Shown: positions 37,329 to 47,513, counted from the first letter of the stretch. The stretch: DNA of 64,000 bases from Candidatus Onthoplasma sp. (GCA_045637825.1 JAZUAD010000018.1:1251-65250), one strand, 5' to 3'. Translations and numbers: made by a program. Notes: generated by a model from the letters alone, not told the origin.

Positions 37329-37614
37329 CGTTTTCTCCTTTCTTTAATAGTTTTAATAGTCTTTGTTTTTCTTTTTCCAGTTCCGCATCACTCCAATCAT
37401 CAAAACTAAGACTTTGGTTTTCCGTTTTATTAAACAACATCTTCAATATATCAGTATTAGGAGGCACTAGTTTTTTACTAACCTTTTGCTTACTTAATTG
37501 TTTATCGCCATTGCTATCAACTACATATTCGTTGGTAACTTCCTTTAAGCAAAAGCCCTTAACTAACTTTTTTATGGCCTTATAAGTTTCAATATCCAAA
37601 TCCTCAAAATTCAT
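37291..37614 (-). CDS. Small phage protein (107 aa), possibly related to the small terminase / DNA-packaging proteins
   Basis: KKLVPPNTDILKMLFNKTENQ resembles the K-x-PPD-x-x-A-x-x-WLKNR block seen in some small-terminase-like proteins; weak. Confidence 0.3.
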   Translation of the reverse strand: MNFEDLDIETYKAIKKLVKGFCLKEVTNEYVVDSNGDKQLSKQKVSKKLVPPNTDILKMLFNKTENQSLSFDDWSDAELEKEKQRLLKLLKKGENDEYRANQSKDKV

Positions 37615-39029
37615 CGATTTTTCAACCGCCTAATTAATTTATCACGCTGTTTTTGAATTAACGACATATCTTGTTTTGGCGAGTTGTTTACTGGCCTTGT
37701 CATTATATAGTACCTTAATTCATCAAGTGCGTGGTCATCAGTTTTTACAGGAAGGTCGCTATTGCCCCAATGATATGCTTTAAGTTCACGTATCAAGTTA
37801 GTGCAGGTTTTAAAAATATACAACTTAGTATGTCCGTTAGCATCTTTTAGATAGGACTTAACTCGTTGTATACCTGAAAACATATCTTTATTAACACGGG
37901 GGTCAACCGAAATTCCAAAATCATAAAATAGTTGTGTTACACTTTTAGCACTTGCCAGTGTTGTTTGATTTGCTGCGCTATCAATTATTGCTTCCAACAT
38001 TCCGTTAAACCCCCTATGCCAATTAAGTTTATTTGATATCCGTTTAATTTGTTCACTATGATAACTTATATCTTTTTCCGCCTCAAAATGCTCTGCGACC
38101 ACATACACGTTGCCATCGTAATCTACCGCATACCAATGCGCACTTAATGGATTTTTCAACCCCGGGTCAATGCTGATTTTGTCCTGCCACTCATAAGGAA
38201 TATCAAAAGGTTCAATTACGTGCACGCTTTCATCAAATTCGGTGTAAACTCTGCCACCAAAATCTTGAAACTCGCCAAATTGCCTGCTTTTTAATTCCTC
38301 TGCTGACATACTAGCACGCATACTTGCTTTTGCTTCCTCGCTAATATAGGGATTATCGTCCCAACTCATAAATATATGCCATATATTCTTATCATTATAT
38401 TTGTTAAGATATATTTCATCATATACATAGGTCAACCCCTTTAGCGGAGTCATTGTAGCAAATATTTCGCCATTAGTATCTAGCACTCGCATTTTACATT
38501 CCATATAAATATCTTGCGGAGGCTCTTCATCAAACCAAACATAATCCAAACTAGTTCCTTGAAATTTTTCACGGCCTTGGTCACAACTTTTAAAGCCAAT
38601 TTTGGATATCGTTCCAAACACGTTTCTTATTAATATATAGTCAATTACACCACCCGAAGGGTTATCCTTACGACCGCTATTCATATTAACATCAACTATC
38701 CAATCCGGATTAATATAGTTTAGTATTTTTGCCTGAGCCACATCACGCTGCACTTGACTAGATAACGACACTACCCAACCACTAGTGGCCTTAGTTAGTT
38801 TTTTGTACGGGTGATTACCTCGTGCATAATACACAACTTCAACCGCACCACATTCAGTTTTTCCGCTACGATTACCTCCAAAAACCCAACGATTTTTCGC
38901 TTTACATTTATGAAAAGCCACCTGCTTTTTGTGAATTTTATCTCCCGTATTATAATATTGAAGTTTGTTCTTTAATCGTCTTTGCTTTTGTTCATGAGTT
39001 ATTGCTAAAATCATATCAACAACTTTCAT
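37611..39029 (-). CDS. terL: Terminase large subunit
   Basis: Walker A GGNRSGKTE, Walker B DYVWFDEEP, C-terminal nuclease-type IDPG ... DDHALDELRY. Confidence 0.85.
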   Translation of the reverse strand: MKVVDMILAITHEQKQRRLKNKLQYYNTGDKIHKKQVAFHKCKAKNRWVFGGNRSGKTECGAVEVVYYARGNHPYKKLTKATSGWVVSLSSQVQRDVAQAKILNYINPDWIVDVNMNSGRKDNPSGGVIDYILIRNVFGTISKIGFKSCDQGREKFQGTSLDYVWFDEEPPQDIYMECKMRVLDTNGEIFATMTPLKGLTYVYDEIYLNKYNDKNIWHIFMSWDDNPYISEEAKASMRASMSAEELKSRQFGEFQDFGGRVYTEFDESVHVIEPFDIPYEWQDKISIDPGLKNPLSAHWYAVDYDGNVYVVAEHFEAEKDISYHSEQIKRISNKLNWHRGFNGMLEAIIDSAANQTTLASAKSVTQLFYDFGISVDPRVNKDMFSGIQRVKSYLKDANGHTKLYIFKTCTNLIRELKAYHWGNSDLPVKTDDHALDELRYYIMTRPVNNSPKQDMSLIQKQRDKLIRRLKNR

Positions 39030-39112
39030 ACAGCCATAGTTTACAACATAAAAAGTGAAATTTCACCAAGGTGTGCCAAAAATTTTTATTTTGCTTATGT
39101 TATAATGTTTAT

Positions 39113-39877
39113 ATGAAAATTTTTTTATCAATTTTAAGTATAATTTTTAGTTGTTTTCAGCCAATTAATTACGTAAATGCCGATAGTGTATGTTATGCTC
39201 AAATATTACATTCTGGTTGCTACCTATATCGCACACCCATAGATAATACTGGCTTTGCAAATACTTATTTTATATTGGAGAATTCATATTTTGTTCAACT
39301 GTTAAGCGATTATAACGATGAATTTTACCAAGCAAAATATTTAGATGTGGTTGGATACGTAAAAAAGTCACAAGTTCAATGTGTTCAAGGCACACCAAAA
39401 ACTCCTTTTTTAAACAATGTTTCCTTTAGAGTTTATAATAATACCAGTAGAGGGTTATACGACAAACCCTATATGAACACTAATAACCCAACCTTAAGAG
39501 TATACCTTCCTCTATACTGCCAGGATCTAATTTACTATGGTAAAATTTATGGCGAAAGCGCTATTGAGGAACGTACTAATATCTGGTACTACTGCAAATA
39601 TACAGTTACTAATGAGTGTGGTTATGTGTATTCCGACACGTGCGATAAAATGGACCCAATAATAGTAAACAGCGAAAAACTTCCATACATTACCTCGCCT
39701 CAATGGAACATTTCACCTACCAATACTCAATTAGTGAAATTAAACTCAAAACCTTTTAAAATTACCATTATATTAGTTTGTATTCCGTTTGTAATATTTG
39801 CCATACTTTTAATTAAACTGGCCTACAACAAGCGCCAAAACAAAAAAGAGATTGATACTTTCAACCCCTTCCCATAA
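39113..39877 (+). CDS. Secreted, C-terminally anchored protein with SH3b-like repeats (opposite strand, moron-like)
   Basis: Signal peptide MKIFLSILSIIFSCF, two SH3b-like segments, C-terminal TM ITIILVCIPFVIFAILLI; TATAAT lies 6 nt before the ATG and there is no RBS. Confidence 0.55.
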   Translation: MKIFLSILSIIFSCFQPINYVNADSVCYAQILHSGCYLYRTPIDNTGFANTYFILENSYFVQLLSDYNDEFYQAKYLDVVGYVKKSQVQCVQGTPKTPFLNNVSFRVYNNTSRGLYDKPYMNTNNPTLRVYLPLYCQDLIYYGKIYGESAIEERTNIWYYCKYTVTNECGYVYSDTCDKMDPIIVNSEKLPYITSPQWNISPTNTQLVKLNSKPFKITIILVCIPFVIFAILLIKLAYNKRQNKKEIDTFNPFP

Positions 39878-39909
39878 CTTAAATATATTCAACAAAAAAA
39901 CTTGCCTTA

Positions 39910-40380
39910 TTAAAGGCAAGCATTTTTTTGTAATTGTTCATTACGCATTGCTATAATCCAATCTTCATTATATAGCAAATATTCTAATTTTTCTTTGTAT
40001 GGCGAATTATTTAATCTTATAGTAAAATGTTCTAGCGCGGTTTGAATTCGTCTAAAAGCAGTGCGTATAGATGGCATATCAAACATTTGACAAAACGACT
40101 TAATTGTTAAGTTAAACCTCATTTTAGACAAAATAATCATTTTATCCTCTTTGTTTAAACTATCTACCAATTCATCAATAATTAGTTTGAAGTTAATAAG
40201 TCTATTTTTTCGTTCAATTAGGTTGATAATATTGTTAGTAACATCATAAGTTGAACAATATTCTGGCGATGGTCCAAAATTAACTGCGTGCTTGTATACG
40301 AATTCGTTAATCAAGTCGCAATTTTTTTCAATAAATCTATATGCCGATATTAATACTTTAGCATCATCGATAACCAACAT
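39910..40380 (-). CDS. Sigma-70 region-4-like / phage late-gene activator-like protein (156 aa)
   Basis: AGGAGGGG RBS; C-terminal HTH-like LTIKSFCQMFDMPSIRTAFRRIQTAL; position upstream of the terminase. Confidence 0.4.
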   Translation of the reverse strand: MLVIDDAKVLISAYRFIEKNCDLINEFVYKHAVNFGPSPEYCSTYDVTNNIINLIERKNRLINFKLIIDELVDSLNKEDKMIILSKMRFNLTIKSFCQMFDMPSIRTAFRRIQTALEHFTIRLNNSPYKEKLEYLLYNEDWIIAMRNEQLQKNACL

Positions 40381-40554
40381 TACCCCTCCTTTGTTTGACG
40401 AGATTATAGAACACACCTTAAAACAAAGTCAACATTTAGTGCCATTTTTTTATTTTTACGTCAATTTACATCGACAAATTTCGACATTTATAGGACAAAT
40501 GTTCTAATCAAACAAAAGTATTATAGAACATCAGCCTTGCGTTTGTCAAATAAA

Positions 40555-41172
40555 TTATTCACATTGCGTAACTTTAGACACCGAAATTTCATAAGCAGTT
40601 TTTGCAACAGGGTCCAAGCCGTCTTGCTTTTTAATATACTCACGTGATTGAATTCTGCCCACCATTTCCAACTTAGTTCCAACAGGCAATTCACCCACAA
40701 AACGAGCATTTCGTCCCCAAGTAATACAAGGTATATAGTCCGACTTATTGTACGAGCGATTAACTGCCATCAACACGTCTGTAATCTCCCTATTAAAAGG
40801 CGTAGTTCGATATATTGGCGATTTGCAAATATATCCATAAATTTCAATAATGTTAGGGTTAGAGTTTTCATCAACTTCACACAACTCTCTAACAAAAACC
40901 GTTAAAACCAACTTGCTTTTGTTATCTTCTATTTTGTTATAACTTCTAAATTGACCTCTTAGAGCAATAGTGTTTCCCACCTCTATTTGTGAATTGTTTA
41001 ACAATCTTTCACTAATAGTTACAGGTATAATATCGCTTTGTCCACTAAGTCTTGGTATTGAAAGATTTAGTGTATAAAATCCCTCATTTAATACTTCATG
41101 ACTATAAACTGGAGCGTCCAATACTTCCCCTTGCAAATAAACTTTGTTATTTTCCAATAATTCGTGATTCAT
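40555..41172 (-). CDS. Tandem OB-fold SSB-family protein (205 aa)
   Basis: The second half, IPCITWGRNARFVGELPVGTKLEMVGRIQSREY, matches the SSB OB-fold pattern. Confidence 0.55.
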   Translation of the reverse strand: MNHELLENNKVYLQGEVLDAPVYSHEVLNEGFYTLNLSIPRLSGQSDIIPVTISERLLNNSQIEVGNTIALRGQFRSYNKIEDNKSKLVLTVFVRELCEVDENSNPNIIEIYGYICKSPIYRTTPFNREITDVLMAVNRSYNKSDYIPCITWGRNARFVGELPVGTKLEMVGRIQSREYIKKQDGLDPVAKTAYEISVSKVTQCE

Positions 41173-41255
41173 TAGTTTCTCCTTAATTTCTTTTTGTTTT
41201 TTTATTTTGATTAAATTGTTATAATATAATTTTTATTTTCAACATAGACTACAAT

Positions 41256-42026
41256 TTATATGTTAGTAAGTAAACTTATCTGTGTGCCTTGTTGATTAAT
41301 TGTATAATGCTCGTGATATATTAATTCCCCCACAGGAACCACTTTATAACCATTATTTTTATAATATTCTAGTACCAATCTTAGCCCCGCAACAATGTTA
41401 TCCGAGTTGTTATGAAACAATACAATACTACCCTCTTTAGACCTACTGCATACACGCCCTGCTAGTTCGCTAGCACTTAATCCCTTCCAGTCAAGACTAT
41501 CCACACTCCATTGAATTGCCTTTATTTTTAAAGATTTACAGAGGTCTATTAAAGTATTGTTGTACGAACCATATGGTGGACGAAATAAATTAGCTTCCAC
41601 ACCACAAACTGCTTGAATTATCTCTTGATTTTTGACTAATTCTTGTTCCATTTGTTTGGAAGTCAAATTACACATATCAGGATGAGTGCTACTATGAAGT
41701 CCTATTTCAAAGCCACGTTCGGCAATACTACAAGCCACTTCGGGATAATCTTCCACCCAAAAGCCAACCAAAAAAAATGTAGCATTAACTCCATACTCTT
41801 CACAAATATTCATAATTTCGTTTGTTTTATCCGCACCCCAGGCAGCATCAAAGGATATAGCCACCTTTTTTTCAGTTGTTTGTACGCTATAAATTGGTAA
41901 TTTTTTTGTTTTGATATTAAAATAAACATTAGCCACTTGCAATGTAGAGTTGCCAGTAGCACATATTAGGAACAAACTTATAAACAATATTACTAAAGTT
42001 ATTGTTCCTAGATTTTTTCGTTTCAT
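41256..42026 (-). CDS. Polysaccharide deacetylase (NodB homology), PdaB-like
   Basis: FDAAWGADKT, ATFFLVGFW, GLHSSTHPDM, FRPPYGSYN motifs; signal peptide. Confidence 0.75.
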   Translation of the reverse strand: MKRKNLGTITLVILFISLFLICATGNSTLQVANVYFNIKTKKLPIYSVQTTEKKVAISFDAAWGADKTNEIMNICEEYGVNATFFLVGFWVEDYPEVACSIAERGFEIGLHSSTHPDMCNLTSKQMEQELVKNQEIIQAVCGVEANLFRPPYGSYNNTLIDLCKSLKIKAIQWSVDSLDWKGLSASELAGRVCSRSKEGSIVLFHNNSDNIVAGLRLVLEYYKNNGYKVVPVGELIYHEHYTINQQGTQISLLTNI

Positions 42027-42093
42027 AGATATCTACACCTCTAATTTACCCTATTAATACTAATTAAATCAACCTTAAATGCCAAAAAGTTTT

Positions 42094-42126
42094 GAAAAAA
42101 AAGTGAGATTGTTCTCACTTTTTATA
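42094..42126. terminator. Bidirectional terminator
   Basis: AAGTGAGA-ttgt-TCTCACTT flanked by an A-run and a T-run. Confidence 0.6.
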
Positions 42127-42172
42127 TTTTTTTGTCAAATACGCCATATCTAACGAAATATATCAAATCGGT

Positions 42173-42904
42173 TTACAATGCAAACCCGCCATCTACTGTA
42201 ACCACTTGACCTGTAACAAAGCCAGCATTATCGCTTGCTAAAAAGTATACTGCATTAGCCACATCTTGCGGAGTGCCTAATCGGTTTAAAGGAGTTTGCT
42301 CCTTCAACTCTTTTTTATCCTCAGCGGTATATTCCAACAACATATCGGTATCAATCACTCCCGGGCACACACAGTTAACACATATTCCACTTGGTGCAAG
42401 TTCTTTAGCAAGTGCCTTAGTAAATGCAATCACAGCACCTTTACTTGCACTATAAATAGTTTCCATACTTGCACCAACCTTACCCCAAATTGATGAAATG
42501 TTAATAATTTTACCTGCCTTTTCGCTTACCATACTAGGGACAACTGCCTTTGAGCAATTAATTACTCCAAAAGCATTAACACCAAACACACGTGCAATTT
42601 CATCGTTGGTTGTTAATTGAAATAGTTTAGATAAAGCAACACCCGCATTATTAACAAGCACGTCTATTCTACCAAACTCCTTTAGTGCCAAGTCCACCAT
42701 TGCAACCACTTCACTTTCAATCGATACATCTGCCTTAACGGTTAAGCACTTTACTCCAAACTTTTTAATTTGTTTAGTTAAATCTTTTGCTTTCTTTTCG
42801 CTACTATTATAATTAAGTATTATATTGTAACCCTCGCTTGCAAATTTAATAGCAATCTCACGACCTATACCTCGTGATGCTCCTGTAATTAAAACTGTTT
42901 TCAT
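42173..42904 (-). CDS. Short-chain dehydrogenase/reductase, FabG-like
   Basis: TGASRGIG cofactor motif, NNAG, YSASKGA catalytic motif. Confidence 0.8.
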   Translation of the reverse strand: MKTVLITGASRGIGREIAIKFASEGYNIILNYNSSEKKAKDLTKQIKKFGVKCLTVKADVSIESEVVAMVDLALKEFGRIDVLVNNAGVALSKLFQLTTNDEIARVFGVNAFGVINCSKAVVPSMVSEKAGKIINISSIWGKVGASMETIYSASKGAVIAFTKALAKELAPSGICVNCVCPGVIDTDMLLEYTAEDKKELKEQTPLNRLGTPQDVANAVYFLASDNAGFVTGQVVTVDGGFAL

Positions 42905-43011
42905 AATATTTCCTTTCATAATAACATTATATCAAAAGTTTATAACTTTTTCAAGTGTTATTTTAGGTATACTTGAATTTTGTATAGCATATAAATAACT
43001 AGGAGATTTTT

Positions 43012-43302
43012 ATGGAAGATAAATTAAACACTCAAACTAATCCAAAACCCGCTCGTGAACATACTTTAACCCTTGTTGACCGAAAACATTTAACCTTAAC
43101 TGGAGTTGAAAAAGTGGTTAGTGTAAAACCCGACCTACTTCAAGTTCAATCCTCTGCAGGTGACATAGTTGTAACAGGTCAAAATATAGAGGTAACCAAA
43201 CTGGATTTAGAGCAACACACACTTAGTCTTAATGGAAAATTTGACACTGTTAAATACCTTGAAAACAATAAAACCCCTCTACTTAAAAAGATTTTTAAAT
43301 GA
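43012..43302 (+). CDS. yabP: Sporulation protein YabP
   Basis: LTLVDRKHLTLTGVEKVVSV pattern; yabP-yabQ-divIC synteny; TGA stop overlaps the next ATG (ATGA). Confidence 0.75.
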   Translation: MEDKLNTQTNPKPAREHTLTLVDRKHLTLTGVEKVVSVKPDLLQVQSSAGDIVVTGQNIEVTKLDLEQHTLSLNGKFDTVKYLENNKTPLLKKIFK

Positions 43303-43673
43303 TATTCTTTACCCTAAACCAAGTACATTCTTTTTGCTTGGTTTTATTTTGCGGAATTTTGTGTGGTGCATTTAGTGGAATTTTAGGGGTTGCCTTGCTA
43401 AAAAACCACCAAAATCATATACTAAGTTTTATTTTTAAAGCAATAGTTGGCATTATTGTTAGTATTTTTTTGGTATTTTCAATAAACATCTTTTACTTTG
43501 GGCAATTTAATATTGTAATTATTGTTGCATTTTTTATTGGTTTTGTATGGATTTATAAAACACTTAAAAATTTGCTTGATTTTTTCGAAACAAAGTTTTA
43601 TTATATTTGTATAAGATTACACAAATGGTTAAAATTTTATTTCGAGAGGAAGCATGAATCAATCAAAGATTAA
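43299..43673 (+). CDS. yabQ: Spore cortex biosynthesis membrane protein YabQ-like
   Basis: Multi-TM small protein in the conserved position after yabP. Confidence 0.6.
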   Translation: MIFFTLNQVHSFCLVLFCGILCGAFSGILGVALLKNHQNHILSFIFKAIVGIIVSIFLVFSINIFYFGQFNIVIIVAFFIGFVWIYKTLKNLLDFFETKFYYICIRLHKWLKFYFERKHESIKD

Positions 43674-43890
43674 ATCTAAGGTAACCTTAATAGCACTATT
43701 ATCTATAGTGCTGGTGTTTGCCCTTTTGATTGTATCGGTGGTTGAAATTAGACAATATCATATTTTAAAACAACAAATTGCAAAACAAGAACAACAAATT
43801 GAGGATTTGAAAAATGCCAAAGATTATTATGAGGACAAACTTAAGGAAGAAGGTTTTACCTCAGATGACTTAGTTTTTGAGGAGGAATAA
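43654..43890 (+). CDS. divIC: Septum formation initiator (DivIC/FtsB family)
   Basis: N-terminal TM followed by the coiled coil QQIAKQEQQIEDLKN; synteny. Confidence 0.65.
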   Translation: MNQSKIKSKVTLIALLSIVLVFALLIVSVVEIRQYHILKQQIAKQEQQIEDLKNAKDYYEDKLKEEGFTSDDLVFEEE

Positions 43891-44444
43891 TGATAATAAC
43901 TATTACAGGCAAACCTTGTACTGGCAAAAGCACTATGGCTGAAATTTTTATTAATAAATATCACTTTGACCGCATTTATGCTGGCGCTATATTTAAAAAA
44001 CACGCTAGAGAATTAGGCATTGATATTACCGACTTATGTAAAAGTGAACAAATTTACGAAATTGACCGACGTGTTGACAAGGAATTAGAAAATATTTATC
44101 ACACTCGCTTAAACGAAGATTTGTTGATTGAAAGTCGCACTTCTTGGAGTTTTATGCCAAAAGCCTTTAATGTGTTTATAGATATTCCTAACAAAGTTAT
44201 GGCTGAGCGTTTGTTTAATTCAGACCGCCCTATTAATGAACGAGGAAATACCTTAGATGAGGCCCTACAAAAAGTAACCGAACGTTATAATGCCGATGTT
44301 GCGAGATACAAGTTATTGTATAACATTGATTGCGACAACCTTGACAATTATACTTATGTAATTGATAATAGCAATCTTACACCTGAGCAAACTGCTGATA
44401 AAATATATGAAGAATATTTAAAATTTATAAATTGTAGGAACTAA
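43890..44444 (+). CDS. Cytidylate-kinase-like P-loop kinase
   Basis: ITITGKPCTGKST Walker A; size and layout of nucleoside monophosphate kinases. Confidence 0.5.
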   Translation: MIITITGKPCTGKSTMAEIFINKYHFDRIYAGAIFKKHARELGIDITDLCKSEQIYEIDRRVDKELENIYHTRLNEDLLIESRTSWSFMPKAFNVFIDIPNKVMAERLFNSDRPINERGNTLDEALQKVTERYNADVARYKLLYNIDCDNLDNYTYVIDNSNLTPEQTADKIYEEYLKFINCRN

Positions 44445-44727
44445 TTTTATAAATTACAATTGATTAACATCAATTCTTACTGAACACAAGTTTCCTACAT
44501 TTTTGAATTACATCAGATTATATTAAATGTGTGCAAGCACCAGCTTACATAATCTTCCTAAATTATTAAAAAACAACCTAAGTAATTAAAACTTAGGTTT
44601 TTATTTTGCCCTTTATATTAAATATATTTTATATTAATATAATTAGGGGTGTGAATTTAGTTTACAAAAAAATAAATATTTGTTATTATAGGTGCAAGAG
44701 TGTTTTTGCTCTAGATTAGGAGACATT

Positions 44728-47478
44728 ATGGGATTATTTTCTTATTTATTCGGTTCGGATAATAACCGAAATCTTAAAAAAGTAAACAAAATTGTAGACA
44801 AAATTGAAGAAAAGTCTGATTTCTACAAAAGTTTAACAGATGAGGAATTACAAGGCACAACCGCCAAATTAAAGGAACGCCTAGCTAATGGCGAAACTTT
44901 GGACGACATTTTGCCAGATGCTTTTGCGTGTGTACGTGAGGCAAGTACTCGTGTATATGGCAAACGTCATTTCCGTGTTCAATTAATTGGTGGCGTAGTA
45001 TTACACCAAGGTCGTATTGCCGAAATGCGTACAGGTGAAGGTAAAACTCTTACCGCTACCCTACCTGCCTACTTAAATGCACTTTCAGGCAACAATGTTC
45101 ACGTTGTAACGGTCAACGAATATTTGGCTCAATATCAAGCAGAACTAATGGGTAAACTATACAAGTTCCTTGGCTTAACCATTGGCGTTACACTAAGTGG
45201 TCAGGATGCAGGTAAAAAACAACAAGCTTATGCTTGCGACATTACTTATGGTACTAATAACGAATTTGGTTTTGACTATCTACGTGATAATATGCAACCA
45301 GATAAAAAATACAAGGTTCAACGTGGGCACACTTTCTGTATCGTCGACGAAGTGGACTCAATTTTAATTGATGAAGCACGTACCCCACTTATTATTTCTG
45401 GTAGCGGTGACAAAACTAGTGATTTATATGTAAAGGCAGATAGTTTTGTTCGCAGATTAACTGAAACTGATTATGAAATTGATATTAAACAAAAGCAAAT
45501 CCGTTTAACTGAAGATGGTGTTGCTCGTGCCGAAAAATATTTTGGTATTGAAAACCTGTCAGACATTTCAGCACTAGAACTTAACCACCACATCAACAAT
45601 GCTTTGCGTGCTCACTTTATTATGAAACGTGACAGCAATTACATTGTTAAAGATGATGAAGTGTTGATTGTTGACGAATTTACTGGTCGTTTAATGCAAG
45701 GTCGTCGTTATAGCGATGGTTTGCACCAAGCAATTGAAGCAAAGGAACACGTTAAAATTAAAAACGAAAACAAAACCCTTGCAACCGTTACCTTCCAAAA
45801 CTACTTTAAGTTGTATTCAAAACTTAGCGGTATGACAGGTACAGCAAAAACTGAGGAAATGGAATTTAACAAAATCTATAATCTAGACGTTGTTACAATC
45901 CCTACCAACCGTCCTGTTCAACGTATTGATGAAAACGATATGATTTTCTTTACCGAAGATGCTAAATACAAAGCAATCGTGGAAGAAATTCAAGCTAAAT
46001 ACAAGGCAGGTCAACCAATACTAGTAGGTACTGCCTCGGTTGATAAAAGTGAACGTATTAGTCGTGAAATTTCAAAACTCGGTATACCTCACAACGTATT
46101 AAATGCTAAAAACCACGAACGTGAAAGTTTGATTGTTGCTCAAGCAGGTCGTGTTGGCGCAGTTACTATTGCTACAAATATGGCAGGTCGTGGTACCGAT
46201 ATCTTGCTAGGTGGTAATGCCGAATATCTTGCAAAAGCAAAACTTACTCAAGAAGGTGTTGCTAACGAAATTATTGATAAAATCACTGCTTATAATGTTG
46301 AACTTACCGATGAAGAAAAGCAAATAAAGGACAATTATAATAAATATCTTGCTGAATATGAAAAAGAAACTGCTGAGGAACGTGAAAAAGTTCTAGCTCT
46401 AGGCGGACTTCACATACTTGGTACCGAGCGTCACGAATCCCGTCGTATTGATAACCAATTACGTGGTCGTGCTGGTCGTCAAGGTGACCCAGGTTCTTCA
46501 ATATTCTTTATATCTCTTGAAGATGAACTTCCTCAACGTTTTGGCGAAGACCGTATGAAAAACATGTTCTCTATTATCTTTAGGGGTAATGAGGATATGC
46601 CTATCCAAATGGGTATTCTTACACGTTTCTTTGAACGTGCACAAAAGAAAACAGAAGGTGTAAACTTTGGTATTCGTAAACAAGTGCTTGAATATGACGA
46701 TGTATTAAATAAACAACGTACTATTATATACACCGAACGTGACAAAGTTCTTGATGGCGAAGATGTTCATGCTCAAGTTATTGAAATGTTGCACGATTAT
46801 ATTGCAAGCATCTGTAACGATTATATTGATAATACCAAGGCAAGTTATGAATGGGATTTGGAAACCCTTAACAAAGCGCTTGAAGACAAGTTGTTTGAAA
46901 AAGGCTCAAACATTGTAACTAAGGAATTGATTAAAGATACTGATGTTGCCCAAGCAACTGAAATTATCTACAACAAAGCACTTGAAATCTATGAAGCAAA
47001 AGTTAATGAAATTAAAAAGATTGGTTTAGACTTCTCTCAAATCGAACGTGCTATTATGCTACGTGTAGTAGATAAGTTCTGGATGGACCACATTGATGCT
47101 ATGAACGTATTGCGTAATGAAATCGGCGTATTATCATATGGTCAAAAAGACCCTATTATCGCCTATAAAAACGAAGGTTTTGATATGTTTGATAATATGA
47201 TTGATCAAATACGTGAATATACTGCATCTACTTTGTTTAGACTAAAAATCCGTATTGATATAAAGGTTCCTCAACGTGCACCTATCCCTACAAATGGAGG
47301 AACTCCTCAAGGACAACCTCAAGGTCCATTTGCTCCTCAAGCTAAAGGACCATTTATGCCTGCAAATACTAGCAAAACTCCTGCAAAGGCAGAACCTAGC
47401 ACAAAAGTTGACCGTAACTCACCTTGCCCTTGTGGTAGTGGTAAAAAATACAAAAACTGTTGCGGAAAAGAATCCTAA
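44728..47478 (+). CDS. secA: Preprotein translocase ATPase SecA
   Basis: MRTGEGKTL, DEVDSILIDEARTPLIISG, C-terminal zinc motif CPCGSGKKYKNCCG; AGGAG RBS before ATG 44728. Confidence 0.95.
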   Translation: MGLFSYLFGSDNNRNLKKVNKIVDKIEEKSDFYKSLTDEELQGTTAKLKERLANGETLDDILPDAFACVREASTRVYGKRHFRVQLIGGVVLHQGRIAEMRTGEGKTLTATLPAYLNALSGNNVHVVTVNEYLAQYQAELMGKLYKFLGLTIGVTLSGQDAGKKQQAYACDITYGTNNEFGFDYLRDNMQPDKKYKVQRGHTFCIVDEVDSILIDEARTPLIISGSGDKTSDLYVKADSFVRRLTETDYEIDIKQKQIRLTEDGVARAEKYFGIENLSDISALELNHHINNALRAHFIMKRDSNYIVKDDEVLIVDEFTGRLMQGRRYSDGLHQAIEAKEHVKIKNENKTLATVTFQNYFKLYSKLSGMTGTAKTEEMEFNKIYNLDVVTIPTNRPVQRIDENDMIFFTEDAKYKAIVEEIQAKYKAGQPILVGTASVDKSERISREISKLGIPHNVLNAKNHERESLIVAQAGRVGAVTIATNMAGRGTDILLGGNAEYLAKAKLTQEGVANEIIDKITAYNVELTDEEKQIKDNYNKYLAEYEKETAEEREKVLALGGLHILGTERHESRRIDNQLRGRAGRQGDPGSSIFFISLEDELPQRFGEDRMKNMFSIIFRGNEDMPIQMGILTRFFERAQKKTEGVNFGIRKQVLEYDDVLNKQRTIIYTERDKVLDGEDVHAQVIEMLHDYIASICNDYIDNTKASYEWDLETLNKALEDKLFEKGSNIVTKELIKDTDVAQATEIIYNKALEIYEAKVNEIKKIGLDFSQIERAIMLRVVDKFWMDHIDAMNVLRNEIGVLSYGQKDPIIAYKNEGFDMFDNMIDQIREYTASTLFRLKIRIDIKVPQRAPIPTNGGTPQGQPQGPFAPQAKGPFMPANTSKTPAKAEPSTKVDRNSPCPCGSGKKYKNCCGKES

Positions 47479-47483
47479 ATTCA

Positions 47484-47513
47484 AAAGCCCTAAATTAAAT
47501 AGGGCTTTTTTGT
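47484..47513 (+). terminator. secA terminator
   Basis: AAAGCCCT-loop-AGGGCTTT + T-run. Confidence 0.65.

Larger units (their letters stand above)
30123..40380 (-). mobile_element. Phage-derived head-morphogenesis island with no recognisable integrase, tail-fibre, lysin or replication genes
   Basis: Gene order is regulator, TerL, small ORFs, portal, scaffold, capsid, three unknowns, holin, abutting the 3' end of tRNA-His. Confidence 0.6.

Noticed and set aside
40521-40709. 62-aa minus-strand ORF overlapping the 3' end of the SSB-like gene
   Set aside because: It is an alternative frame of a better-supported gene and has no RBS.
40381-41255. Search for an attR copy of the tRNA-His 3' end (…GGTTCGAGTCCGTCTACCCACCCCA) to bound the capsid island
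   Set aside because: Reading the intergenic regions at 39878-39909, 40381-40554 and 41173-41255 by eye gave no convincing match. The island boundary on this side is therefore undefined.
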